From: Bacillota bacterium
Lineage (GTDB): Bacteria > Bacillota > Dethiobacteria > DTU022
NCBI GenBank assembly: GCA_012797175.1
Contig: JAAZPQ010000145.1
Location: forward strand, 1-40,462
Length of the DNA stretch: 40,462 bases
Direction: 5' to 3'
Shown here in pieces: positions 1-7,400 of the stretch. The notes beneath the pieces are model-generated. The model saw nothing but the letters and a program-made list of their open reading frames with translations, was not told the DNA's origin and made no database searches. The position numbers were made by a program, and so were the translations under genes. Positions within the stretch are counted from its first letter, which is position 1, and each line of letters opens with the position of its first letter.

Positions 1-356
1 GCAATCAGCTGGTCAACCTCTTTTTGAATCTCCAGGCGGTCGTCGTTGGTAAGGGTGTCGTTGGCCGACTGCACCGCCAGCATGCGGATACGCTGCAAGA
101 TATTGTGGCTCTCGGTAAGGGCACCCTCCGCAGTCTGGATCAGCGAGATCCCGTCCTGGGCGTTGCTGATAGCCTGGCCCAGCCCCCGGATCTGGCCCCG
201 CATCTTTTCAGAGATGGCCAGCCCGGCAGCATCATCGGCAGCCCGGTTGATCCGCAGCCCCGAAGAGAGCCTCTCCAGGTTTTTGTTCAACGCATTGTCG
301 GTGCTAACCAGGTTACGGTAGGCATTCAGCGCAGAAAGGTTTTGATTAATCCTCAT
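1..356 (-). CDS. hag: Flagellin, N-terminal part (runs off the window's left edge; missing from the ORF track)
   Basis: Manual translation from ATG at 356: [16 protein letters not shown]...[33 protein letters not shown]...[14 protein letters not shown], the canonical flagellin N-terminus; AGGAGG RBS at about 364-370. Confidence 0.97.
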   Translation of the reverse strand, partial: MRINQNLSALNAYRNLVSTDNALNKNLERLSSGLRINRAADDAAGLAISEKMRGQIRGLGQAISNAQDGISLIQTAEGALTESHNILQRIRMLAVQSANDTLTNDDRLEIQKEVDQLI

Positions 357-383
357 CTTGATATCCTCCTTGATTAGATTATC

Positions 384-397
384 GGGCTTCCCTGCCC
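384..397 (-). promoter_or_regulatory. Putative CsrA-binding hairpin in the flagellin leader
   Basis: Minus strand GGGC-AGGGAA-GCCC: 4-bp stem with an ANGGA loop, just upstream of a GGA-containing SD; same layout as the B. subtilis hag leader. Confidence 0.6.
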
Positions 398-450
398 TGT
401 AAAAACCCGTTGCTTTCAAGCGGCCGCTAAGCACTGGGCTTCTACTACCA

Positions 451-478
451 GTATCGGCATTCTTAAAATATATTTAAG
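451..478 (-). promoter_or_regulatory. Sigma-28 (SigD/FliA) promoter of flagellin
   Basis: Minus strand CTTAAA-N14-GCCGATAC about 95 nt upstream of the start codon. Confidence 0.8.
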
Positions 479-506
479 CATCGCTAAAATAAGATTTGCG
501 GGGCCC

Positions 507-761
507 CTATTTTTTGCCGCCTTCTTCCCCCGTCTCCTCCGCCCCGGGCCGCGTCGGCAGGCGGCTAAGGCTTTCCGCCGAGCTAACCGCCCGCAGGTTC
601 TCTTCGCAGATGGCGAGGTAGATCTCCTGCCGATAGACCGGCAGCTCGCGGGGGGCCTCGATCCCCAGCCGGACCGTATCGCCGTTAACCGAGATTACCC
701 TGACCGTAATCTGATCCCCGATAACGATGCTCTGGCCGGTTTTTCGGGTAAGGACTAACAA
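507..761 (-). CDS. csrA: Carbon storage regulator / translational repressor CsrA
   Basis: MLVLTRKTGQSIVIGDQITVRV...VRLGIEAPRELPVYRQEIY signature; TTG start; next to fliW. Confidence 0.96.
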   Translation of the reverse strand: MLVLTRKTGQSIVIGDQITVRVISVNGDTVRLGIEAPRELPVYRQEIYLAICEENLRAVSSAESLSRLPTRPGAEETGEEGGKK

Positions 762-775
762 TTTGCGGCACCGCC

Positions 776-1249
776 TTAGTCTAATTTATGGTTAAAAATT
801 GATCGGCCGCCGGTCGCGGCCGGGTTCTTCCCGGGGGCCCGGGAAGAGGGGTGAACCAGGGGGACTCTTAACCGGTCGCCGTAGTGGCGAAGATAGAGCT
901 GTTTTCCCAGGCGCGAAGCGGTATTGATGGCCAGCGGAGCGGCCAGGTTAGTGCAGAGCCCCTCCGGCGAGACGCTGACCGTGGTATAGACCAGGAGATC
1001 TTCGCGGCGCTCCAGCGCTAGATCCTGCCGATCAGAATCGGTCAGCGTGCAGCGATAACTTGGAAAGAGGGGGAACGGATCCAGCAGGAGCATCCCTACG
1101 GCGGGCTCATCCTCAGATTGCAGCAGCAAAAAAAAGCGGTTGTCCGGAACCGGCACCACCGTAAAGCGGCGGTAGCGCTCCAGCCCGGGCAGGCCCCAGG
1201 GGAAAAACAGGGCGGGCGGTTCCGGTTTAGAAAGCGGTTCAGGGTTCAT
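776..1249 (-). CDS. fliW: Flagellar assembly factor FliW
   Basis: FPWGLPGLE, LLQS.DEP.VG.LLLDPFPLFPSY and TNLAAPLAIN motifs; sits between flgL and csrA. Confidence 0.9.
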   Translation of the reverse strand: MNPEPLSKPEPPALFFPWGLPGLERYRRFTVVPVPDNRFFLLLQSEDEPAVGMLLLDPFPLFPSYRCTLTDSDRQDLALERREDLLVYTTVSVSPEGLCTNLAAPLAINTASRLGKQLYLRHYGDRLRVPLVHPSSRAPGKNPAATGGRSIFNHKLD

Positions 1250-1285
1250 CTTAAAGCCTCCTTCAGATGCCTAACAAAACTTCTC

Positions 1286-2170
1286 TCAGCGGAGATAGTC
1301 GAGCAGGCTGGGCTGCAGCACCCGGGAAGCGGTCGACAGGGCAGCCCGGTAGGCGTAATCCTCCATGGCATACTCGGTAATAGCCAGGGCCAAGTCGACA
1401 TCCTCGACCTGGGAGAGCATCTCCTTCAGGTGGAGCTCCTCTTCGAAGAGGGTCTCGGCCATCGCTTCGACCCGCTTATAGCGGGCCCCGACCTCTGAAA
1501 GCCGCTCCAGCAGCAGGTCGATCCCTTCGTTGATCCCGGCCAGCGCCGCCCCGCTGAGCGCTTCCTGGTCCCCGGCCACAAGCGCCCGGCGCACCTCTGA
1601 GACCGCCTCCATCAGGCCTGTCCCGGCAAAGGCCCGCTCGCCGCTTAAGTTCATCACTATCTCCTGGTGCGGGCTGATCTCCAGGCGGCGCTCTCCCAAG
1701 TCGCCGTGGTATTCAAGGCCCCCGGCCCCCTCCCGGTAGGGAGGGCTGCCGGTACGGTGGCCCCCAAAGAGATAGAGCCCGTTGTACTCGGTGTTGCCGA
1801 CCCCGACCAGCTGCTCAGACAATTCATCTACCTCTTCAGCGATAGAGCGCAGCTCGGCGTCAGAAAGGACGCCGTTAGCCCCGTAGAGACAGAGATCGCG
1901 CAGGCGCTGGGTCACGGTTAAGCCTTCGGCCAATGCCGCTTCGGTAGCCTGCAGCCAGCCTTTCGCTTCGCTGATATTTAGGCAAAATCGTTCATTTCGG
2001 CTGATCGCATCCCGGTAACGCATTACCCGGTTCGTCCCCACCGGATCCTGGGAGGGACGCTGGAAAGCCTTCCCCGTGGAACACTGCAGCGCGCGCTGCT
2101 CCAGGCGGGCCAGGCTCTGCTGCAGGTTAACATTAACCGATTCGGCGATCATCCGGTGGGTAATCCGCAT
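1286..2170 (-). CDS. flgL: Flagellar hook-associated protein 3
   Basis: MRIT start, STGK.FQRPSQDPVG, YLFGG.RT, C-terminal QPSLLDYLR. Confidence 0.93.
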   Translation of the reverse strand: MRITHRMIAESVNVNLQQSLARLEQRALQCSTGKAFQRPSQDPVGTNRVMRYRDAISRNERFCLNISEAKGWLQATEAALAEGLTVTQRLRDLCLYGANGVLSDAELRSIAEEVDELSEQLVGVGNTEYNGLYLFGGHRTGSPPYREGAGGLEYHGDLGERRLEISPHQEIVMNLSGERAFAGTGLMEAVSEVRRALVAGDQEALSGAALAGINEGIDLLLERLSEVGARYKRVEAMAETLFEEELHLKEMLSQVEDVDLALAITEYAMEDYAYRAALSTASRVLQPSLLDYLR

Positions 2171-2198
2171 CTTGAAAGCCCCCTTCTATGGCAATAAA

Positions 2199-3581
2199 TT
2201 ACAGTTCCCTAAACAAGGTCTCGAGCATGCGGTCAATATAGCCGATAAAGCTGGCCGCCGCCTGCCAGGCATACCCATACTGGATCATATTCAGCGTCTC
2301 TTCGTCGAGATTGACCCCGGTAACCGATTGATGCCGGGACTGCAGCTGGACGGTGGTCTCCTTAAAGGCCTCGGCCATCCGCCGGCTCTCCCGCCCCTCG
2401 ACGCCTAGACTGGAGATTAACCCCCGGTAACCGTCCATCAGCGAAACGCTACCCCCGCCCAGAACATTTTCGCTACTTAAGCGGGCGATCTGCAGCGCAT
2501 TTTTCCCGTTTCCAGGCTCACCGGGGGCGGTAGAGGCGGCGATGGCGGTGATATCATCAAGCACGGCTTCGTCTAACTTGAACTGCAGGGCAGGCGGGAC
2601 GCCGTTATTATCAATCTCTACAAAAAAATTTCGCCCGGTCTCTTCATCCAGGCCGTACCCGGAGCAATGGAGCATGTTCAGCTCTTTTACCAGGCAGGAG
2701 ACGATCTCGTTGAGCTGCTCCTGTAGCCCGGGAATAATCTCATTAACCGCCTCCAGCAGCCCTTTAAGCCGGCCGGAGCGCAGCTCCAGGGGAAGCCCCC
2801 GCGAGCTGACCAGGTTTAATTGGCCTCCTTCGGCCTGTAAGCTAAGAGCGTAGTGCTGCTGGTCCTGGACCAGGAGCCGGCCCCCGGCAAAAATCTCTAC
2901 CGCACCGCTGTTTTTCCGGTAAACCCGGATATCAACCAGCCCGGAAAGCTGCTCCAAGACCAGATCCAGCTGGTCCAGCAGCGCATTGGGGCTCTCGCCA
3001 AGAGCCCCGGCGAAGATAATGTGCTCATTGATCGCCGCGGCCTCCGCGGCCAGCTGGTTGACCTCTTGAACCCGCTTAGCCAGCTCATTTTTCAGCCCAA
3101 CTTGTAAATCGGTCAGCCTTAAGTAGGTATCCTGCACCGCATCGGTAAACGAGATCGCCTGCTCGCGCAGGCTCATCCGCACCGCGGCGCTCTCTGGAGA
3201 GCCGCTGAGCTCCTGCCAGGAATCAAAGAAGTCATTTAAGTAGCCGCTGAGCCCATTCTCCCCGGGCTCCATAAAGATTACCTCCGCCCCCTGGAAGGCC
3301 TCCGCGCGCATCTCCCAGTAAGAAAGGTAGGAACCTGAGCTCATCGCCTGGGTATGGTAAAACTCGCTGCGCACCCGGGTAATAGCGGTAATCTCGACCC
3401 CGTAGCCGGGAACAAGCGAAAGCCCGGTCGTTAGCGCCGGCACCGCCGGGGCCAGCTCTACCCGCTGGCGGCTGTAGCCGGGGGTATTGGCATTGGCCAC
3501 GTTCTGGCCGCTGACGGCCATCCCCATCATTTGGGCCCTGAGCGCGCTTCTTCCTGTTTCGATCGAGCCAAATATGGTCAT
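2199..3581 (-). CDS. flgK: Flagellar hook-associated protein 1
   Basis: GQNVANANTPGYSRQRV; C-terminal SVTGVNLDEE..NMIQY..AWQAAA. Confidence 0.95.
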   Translation of the reverse strand: MTIFGSIETGRSALRAQMMGMAVSGQNVANANTPGYSRQRVELAPAVPALTTGLSLVPGYGVEITAITRVRSEFYHTQAMSSGSYLSYWEMRAEAFQGAEVIFMEPGENGLSGYLNDFFDSWQELSGSPESAAVRMSLREQAISFTDAVQDTYLRLTDLQVGLKNELAKRVQEVNQLAAEAAAINEHIIFAGALGESPNALLDQLDLVLEQLSGLVDIRVYRKNSGAVEIFAGGRLLVQDQQHYALSLQAEGGQLNLVSSRGLPLELRSGRLKGLLEAVNEIIPGLQEQLNEIVSCLVKELNMLHCSGYGLDEETGRNFFVEIDNNGVPPALQFKLDEAVLDDITAIAASTAPGEPGNGKNALQIARLSSENVLGGGSVSLMDGYRGLISSLGVEGRESRRMAEAFKETTVQLQSRHQSVTGVNLDEETLNMIQYGYAWQAAASFIGYIDRMLETLFREL

Positions 3582-3593
3582 TGTTTTTCTCCC

Positions 3594-4070
3594 TTAGCAG
3601 TTTTGATCTAAACCGGGCCGGATACTACCAGCCGGGCTGCAGATCTCTCCGCGGCGGTTATAGGTAGTTTTACCGCCAGGCCAGATATCTTGCCACCCGG
3701 GGATTACAAGAGAGCCGCCCTCAACGAGGCGGCGATTAACCTCTTGCCTGACTTTAACCGCAGAAAGCTTCTCCCGGAGCAATTCATAGCGGGCCAATTT
3801 CAAAGAGCGCCCGGCGTCTTCTTCCTGCCGCTCGATTAGCTCCCGTATCGTTTTCTCCGCCGCCAGCTTCCTCTTCCGCTCAATGAACCGCTCCCCCCGG
3901 CGCAGAATTTCAGCCCTGGCCTCTACTACAGCCTCCAGCCCCGGTAAATCCATGCAGACCAGCTTGCGCTGGAGCTCCTCTTCCAGCCGGTCGAGCGCCT
4001 CCGCTACCTGGAGCCCCTCTTCCAGCAGGTGGTCTAAATCTCTGGCAAGGTCGCCCGGTTGACCGTCCAT
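3594..4070 (-). CDS. flgN: Flagellar export chaperone FlgN (YvyG-like)
   Basis: Helical 158-aa protein between flgM and flgK with EVNRRL and TTYNRRG motifs. Confidence 0.75.
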   Translation of the reverse strand: MDGQPGDLARDLDHLLEEGLQVAEALDRLEEELQRKLVCMDLPGLEAVVEARAEILRRGERFIERKRKLAAEKTIRELIERQEEDAGRSLKLARYELLREKLSAVKVRQEVNRRLVEGGSLVIPGWQDIWPGGKTTYNRRGEICSPAGSIRPGLDQNC

Positions 4071-4382
4071 CTATTTATCTTCTCCCGAAGAGGGCTTTGC
4101 CGCAGAACGCAACATCGCCTCGGCCAGTTTCCGCGGGTCAACCTCGTAAACGCCGCTGTTAATCTCTTCCTCCAGCCTCTTTAACCGCGCCAAATCGGCC
4201 GGCCCGCCCTTCTCTTCCAGGCGCTCCGCTTCCTGCAGGGCAGCCACCAGGTTGGAGAGCTCGCGGCGATCGCTTTGCGCAGCCCGCGGCGGGGCGCCCT
4301 TCTCACCCGGCCGGGGTTGAATCTTCTGTTCAGGCCCACGGAGCCAATTCAGGAGTAATCTGGATAAAGAGTTAACTTCCAT
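4071..4382 (-). CDS. flgM: Anti-sigma-28 factor FlgM
   Basis: C-terminal RL..LEEEINSGVYEVDPRKLAEAML; own sigma-28 promoter; abuts flgN. Confidence 0.85.
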   Translation of the reverse strand: MEVNSLSRLLLNWLRGPEQKIQPRPGEKGAPPRAAQSDRRELSNLVAALQEAERLEEKGGPADLARLKRLEEEINSGVYEVDPRKLAEAMLRSAAKPSSGEDK

Positions 4383-4442
4383 GATTGAAGCGTCACTTCC
4401 TTACAACAGGTATTAGCCTCTTCGTTGGGCCTCTACCTTACT

Positions 4443-4470
4443 TAATCGGCAACAAGAAAAATGTTTTAAG
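4443..4470 (-). promoter_or_regulatory. Sigma-28 promoter upstream of flgM
   Basis: Minus strand CTTAAA-N14-GCCGATTA, same geometry as the flagellin promoter. Confidence 0.75.
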
Positions 4471-4476
4471 GGAGGA

Positions 4477-6282
4477 TTATTTATCCCAGTGGCCAATCCT
4501 GATCTCACCCTCCTGGTCCCGGTAGAGCTTGATATTGCTTAAATCTTTCTTTAGGCAGAGCTCTGCCTTGCCGATCTTTATTCTTGTGTTTTCGTAAACC
4601 CGGCCCAGATAAACCCGGCTCCGGCTAGCGGTTTCAATTAAGCCCTGCGTCTTGGCCAGCCTGGGGATGCCGGCTTCACCGATATAGATATCACCACCGG
4701 CCTTGATGCTCCCCCCCCTGAAGATGCGCTTTATATGAACCTGGCCACCGCAGTTAAAAAAAGAGTTATAGGCGCCGGTCCCGTGAACATAGATATCGCC
4801 GGGGCAGGCCAGGCTGCTGTTCTGGAGATAGTACACCGAAATAGCAGCATCGCCTGGAGCAGCCACTGACCACCGTTCCCGGTTCTGCTCGAGCAGCCCG
4901 GAGAGCTGCTCTAACTTGGCCAGGGTAAGGAGCTGCCCTCCGCCCTGCAGGTAGCGGTGACAGCTTTGCAGGGCGGCCTGGAGAGGCTCGGGCAGCATCC
5001 GGGCCAGCTCCCGGCTTAATCTCAGGGCCTTCTCGCCCTGCTCCGGCAGCTCGGGGAGCTTTTTCTGGATCAGTGATCGCAGCATGATATTTATCTGGGC
5101 CTCCGAATACGAACCCCGCTTCTGCAACTCTCCGACTAGCTCTCGCCCCATGTTTAAAGCCAGGTTAAAATTTTCAGTTAGTTCATCGTAAAGCCGGCTG
5201 AACTCTTCTACCTGGAGGGCCTGCCATCCAGCCCGGGCCTGGCATTTCACACAGTTGTTTTTAAAGATTATGCTCCCCCCGGCGGTTATCTCAGCGCCAA
5301 AGGCATGCCCATCAATCTCAATATCGCGGTCGGCCTTAACCCGCAGCCCCTCTTTAATTCCCCCTTCAATCTTTAAATGACCTTTAAAGTCGATATGGCC
5401 GCTTTTAATATCAACATCGCCCCGGTGGTAATAGATACTATCTACCCGCATTAAAACCCGCTCTCTCCGCCGGTAGTAAACAGGCACCCCGCTGCTTGAG
5501 GCGACCACTTCAGTTTGATCGGCGCTGATTACCACCCCGTATTCGCAGTAGATCTTTGCAGGGTAAACCGGTTCGGGGGAAACCTCTTCACCGGTTACCA
5601 TCAGGCCCGGCTCACCGGGCTGGGGCGGATGGATCCGGGCGATCACCCGGCCCTTTTCTACCTGCGGTATTTCATAACGCCTGAAGTAATCTACCTGCGC
5701 TTCATTTTGGTCATAGCTGACCTGTTGCAAACCTTCTTTAAACAAAAATTCTACATAACCGTTCCGCCCCTGAACCAGAGGCCGCCCTCTCGCAACCACC
5801 TGCCACCGGCCCGGCTCGGAGAGCAGCCCGGGTAAAGCCGACTCATCGAGGCCATAAACTACACCGCTCGCCTGTAGAATATTCCTAATCTCCCCTGGGG
5901 AGAGGTCCGCTGCCGAGCCGGCGCTCTCTTCTGTTTTGTTGGCGGTAATGATCAGCCGGGAGGTAGGCGGATGATCCGGGATCGTATAGCGGATCTCTTG
6001 AGGAGAAAGGTAAACCGCTTCTGCAGCCATCTTGTCTGCAGCTACTTTTACAGCGACCCGGGCCGGCTCTTGCAGGTGAAGAGCTTCAACCTCTACCTTA
6101 TCCCGGGGATAAACCTGGCAGCTGTCCTTAACCTCTTCTCCGTTTACCCGCAAGATTACCCCTTCGCCCGGGACGATCACCGCCCCTTTGCCGGCACTTT
6201 CTTCAGCCGGGCCAGATATAATCACTTCTCCGGAGGAAATCTCTGCCAAGCACTGCTGTTCGCTAATTTTTCCCAGTTCCAT
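4477..6282 (-). CDS. FapA / DUF342 family flagellar assembly protein
   Basis: GVVYGLDE, P..G.NGYVEF, G..VTGEEV.P, GDVDIKSGHIDFKG beta-helix repeats; start reassigned from 6432 to ATG 6282, which has a GGAGG RBS and avoids overlapping the upstream gene. Confidence 0.85.
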   Translation of the reverse strand: MELGKISEQQCLAEISSGEVIISGPAEESAGKGAVIVPGEGVILRVNGEEVKDSCQVYPRDKVEVEALHLQEPARVAVKVAADKMAAEAVYLSPQEIRYTIPDHPPTSRLIITANKTEESAGSAADLSPGEIRNILQASGVVYGLDESALPGLLSEPGRWQVVARGRPLVQGRNGYVEFLFKEGLQQVSYDQNEAQVDYFRRYEIPQVEKGRVIARIHPPQPGEPGLMVTGEEVSPEPVYPAKIYCEYGVVISADQTEVVASSSGVPVYYRRRERVLMRVDSIYYHRGDVDIKSGHIDFKGHLKIEGGIKEGLRVKADRDIEIDGHAFGAEITAGGSIIFKNNCVKCQARAGWQALQVEEFSRLYDELTENFNLALNMGRELVGELQKRGSYSEAQINIMLRSLIQKKLPELPEQGEKALRLSRELARMLPEPLQAALQSCHRYLQGGGQLLTLAKLEQLSGLLEQNRERWSVAAPGDAAISVYYLQNSSLACPGDIYVHGTGAYNSFFNCGGQVHIKRIFRGGSIKAGGDIYIGEAGIPRLAKTQGLIETASRSRVYLGRVYENTRIKIGKAELCLKKDLSNIKLYRDQEGEIRIGHWDK

Positions 6283-6304
6283 TGCTTTTCCTCCTAAAGC
6301 TAGT

Positions 6305-6571
6305 TTATCCATGCCGCGGTTTATCCTGCACCACCTTGATCGCCGCAAAAACCTCGCTGACGACATCCAAACTTTTCTGCATCTCCAGCCAGCCGGTCCG
6401 GCTGTAGGCCTCTCCTTTTCCGGTAACCACATAGTGGTGCGGAAGATTATTTAAAGCCAGGGCCGCAATATCCAGTCGGCATTGAGGACAGTTGCAAAAT
6501 TGATGATCTGCGGCAAGCTCATCAATAGTATTAAAAACCATCTGCTCCACGATATTCTTCAGCTTATACAT
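6305..6571 (-). CDS. comFB: ComFB-family protein
   Basis: LKNIVEQMV...CNCPQCRLDIAALALNNLP.HYVVT...V..V..KPRH; start reassigned from 6613 to ATG 6571. Confidence 0.85.
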   Translation of the reverse strand: MYKLKNIVEQMVFNTIDELAADHQFCNCPQCRLDIAALALNNLPHHYVVTGKGEAYSRTGWLEMQKSLDVVSEVFAAIKVVQDKPRHG

Positions 6572-6620
6572 CCAGGCTCCACTCCCTTCCTTAGTATTCA
6601 GTAATTTTAACAATATTTGA

Positions 6621-7205
6621 TCAACTTAGAAGGTGGTCAAATATTTTTTCAAAGAGAGCCTGCATTTCGGCATAATCAGCTGCCTCGACATCGAAAAGGT
6701 TAAATTCCAGAATCAAATTAACTTTCCCGTAATATCGAGGAAAGATCTGCCCAGCTGCGCTGACCCTGGCAAAAAGATCTCCGGCCTCGACGGGTCCTTC
6801 TGCGGCGCCGGTAACGTTGTACGCCGAAAAGCCGTTCAGGCTACCCGGCGCACAGAGCGAGCACCCTTTGCAAGATTTATCGGAGCTGTAATCGGTGAGG
6901 GAGACAGCCCCGGTGACGCCGGCGAAAGGGGCGTAAAGCAATGTCCCTTCAGGCACGTTAAAGCCGATCAGTAGATAGCCGGATTCCGGGCTTCCCTCCA
7001 GCACGATCCCCTGCCCCCAAAATTGAGGGGTTAAAATATAGGCGTAGTACTCCGGATCATCCGGGGTAGGCCGGGCCGGGCCCGGTAGAACCGGATGATC
7101 TTCTTCCGGTTGGGGTCCGTTTGAGTTACCGTTGGCGCAACCGGCTACGATAAGTGCCAGGGCTGTCAATAACAGCAGAAGAAGCCTGTTTTTATATCTT
7201 CTCAT
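6621..7205 (-). CDS. Lipoprotein of unknown function with a possible degenerate M23/LytM-like fold
   Basis: Basic N-terminus, hydrophobic stretch, lipobox IVAG-C; segments VPEGTLLYAPFAG and GPVEAGDLFARV resemble M23 scaffolds. Confidence 0.6.
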   Translation of the reverse strand: MRRYKNRLLLLLLTALALIVAGCANGNSNGPQPEEDHPVLPGPARPTPDDPEYYAYILTPQFWGQGIVLEGSPESGYLLIGFNVPEGTLLYAPFAGVTGAVSLTDYSSDKSCKGCSLCAPGSLNGFSAYNVTGAAEGPVEAGDLFARVSAAGQIFPRYYGKVNLILEFNLFDVEAADYAEMQALFEKIFDHLLS

Positions 7206-7342
7206 GGGGCAGCCCCCTTCTTAGCAACAGAGTAAAAAGAGTATCAATTGCCACTATTATACCGGATACTGCCAGAGAGCGGTAGCAAAATGGCAATAAA
7301 AGGAGTTGTTCTTTTTTTGAATCGCTTGCGGTTGGCCGTTGG

Positions 7343-7370
7343 CCTGGGGCGGCCCCTGTGCCGCCCCAGG
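7343..7370. terminator. GC-rich hairpin downstream of the aminotransferase-reductase gene
   Basis: CCTGGGGCGGC-ccctgt-GCCGCCCCAGG, 11-bp perfect stem; no adjacent clean U-tract. Confidence 0.45.
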
Positions 7371-7400
7371 TCCTCTAGAAGCAGGTTTTACGTTAGCTCT

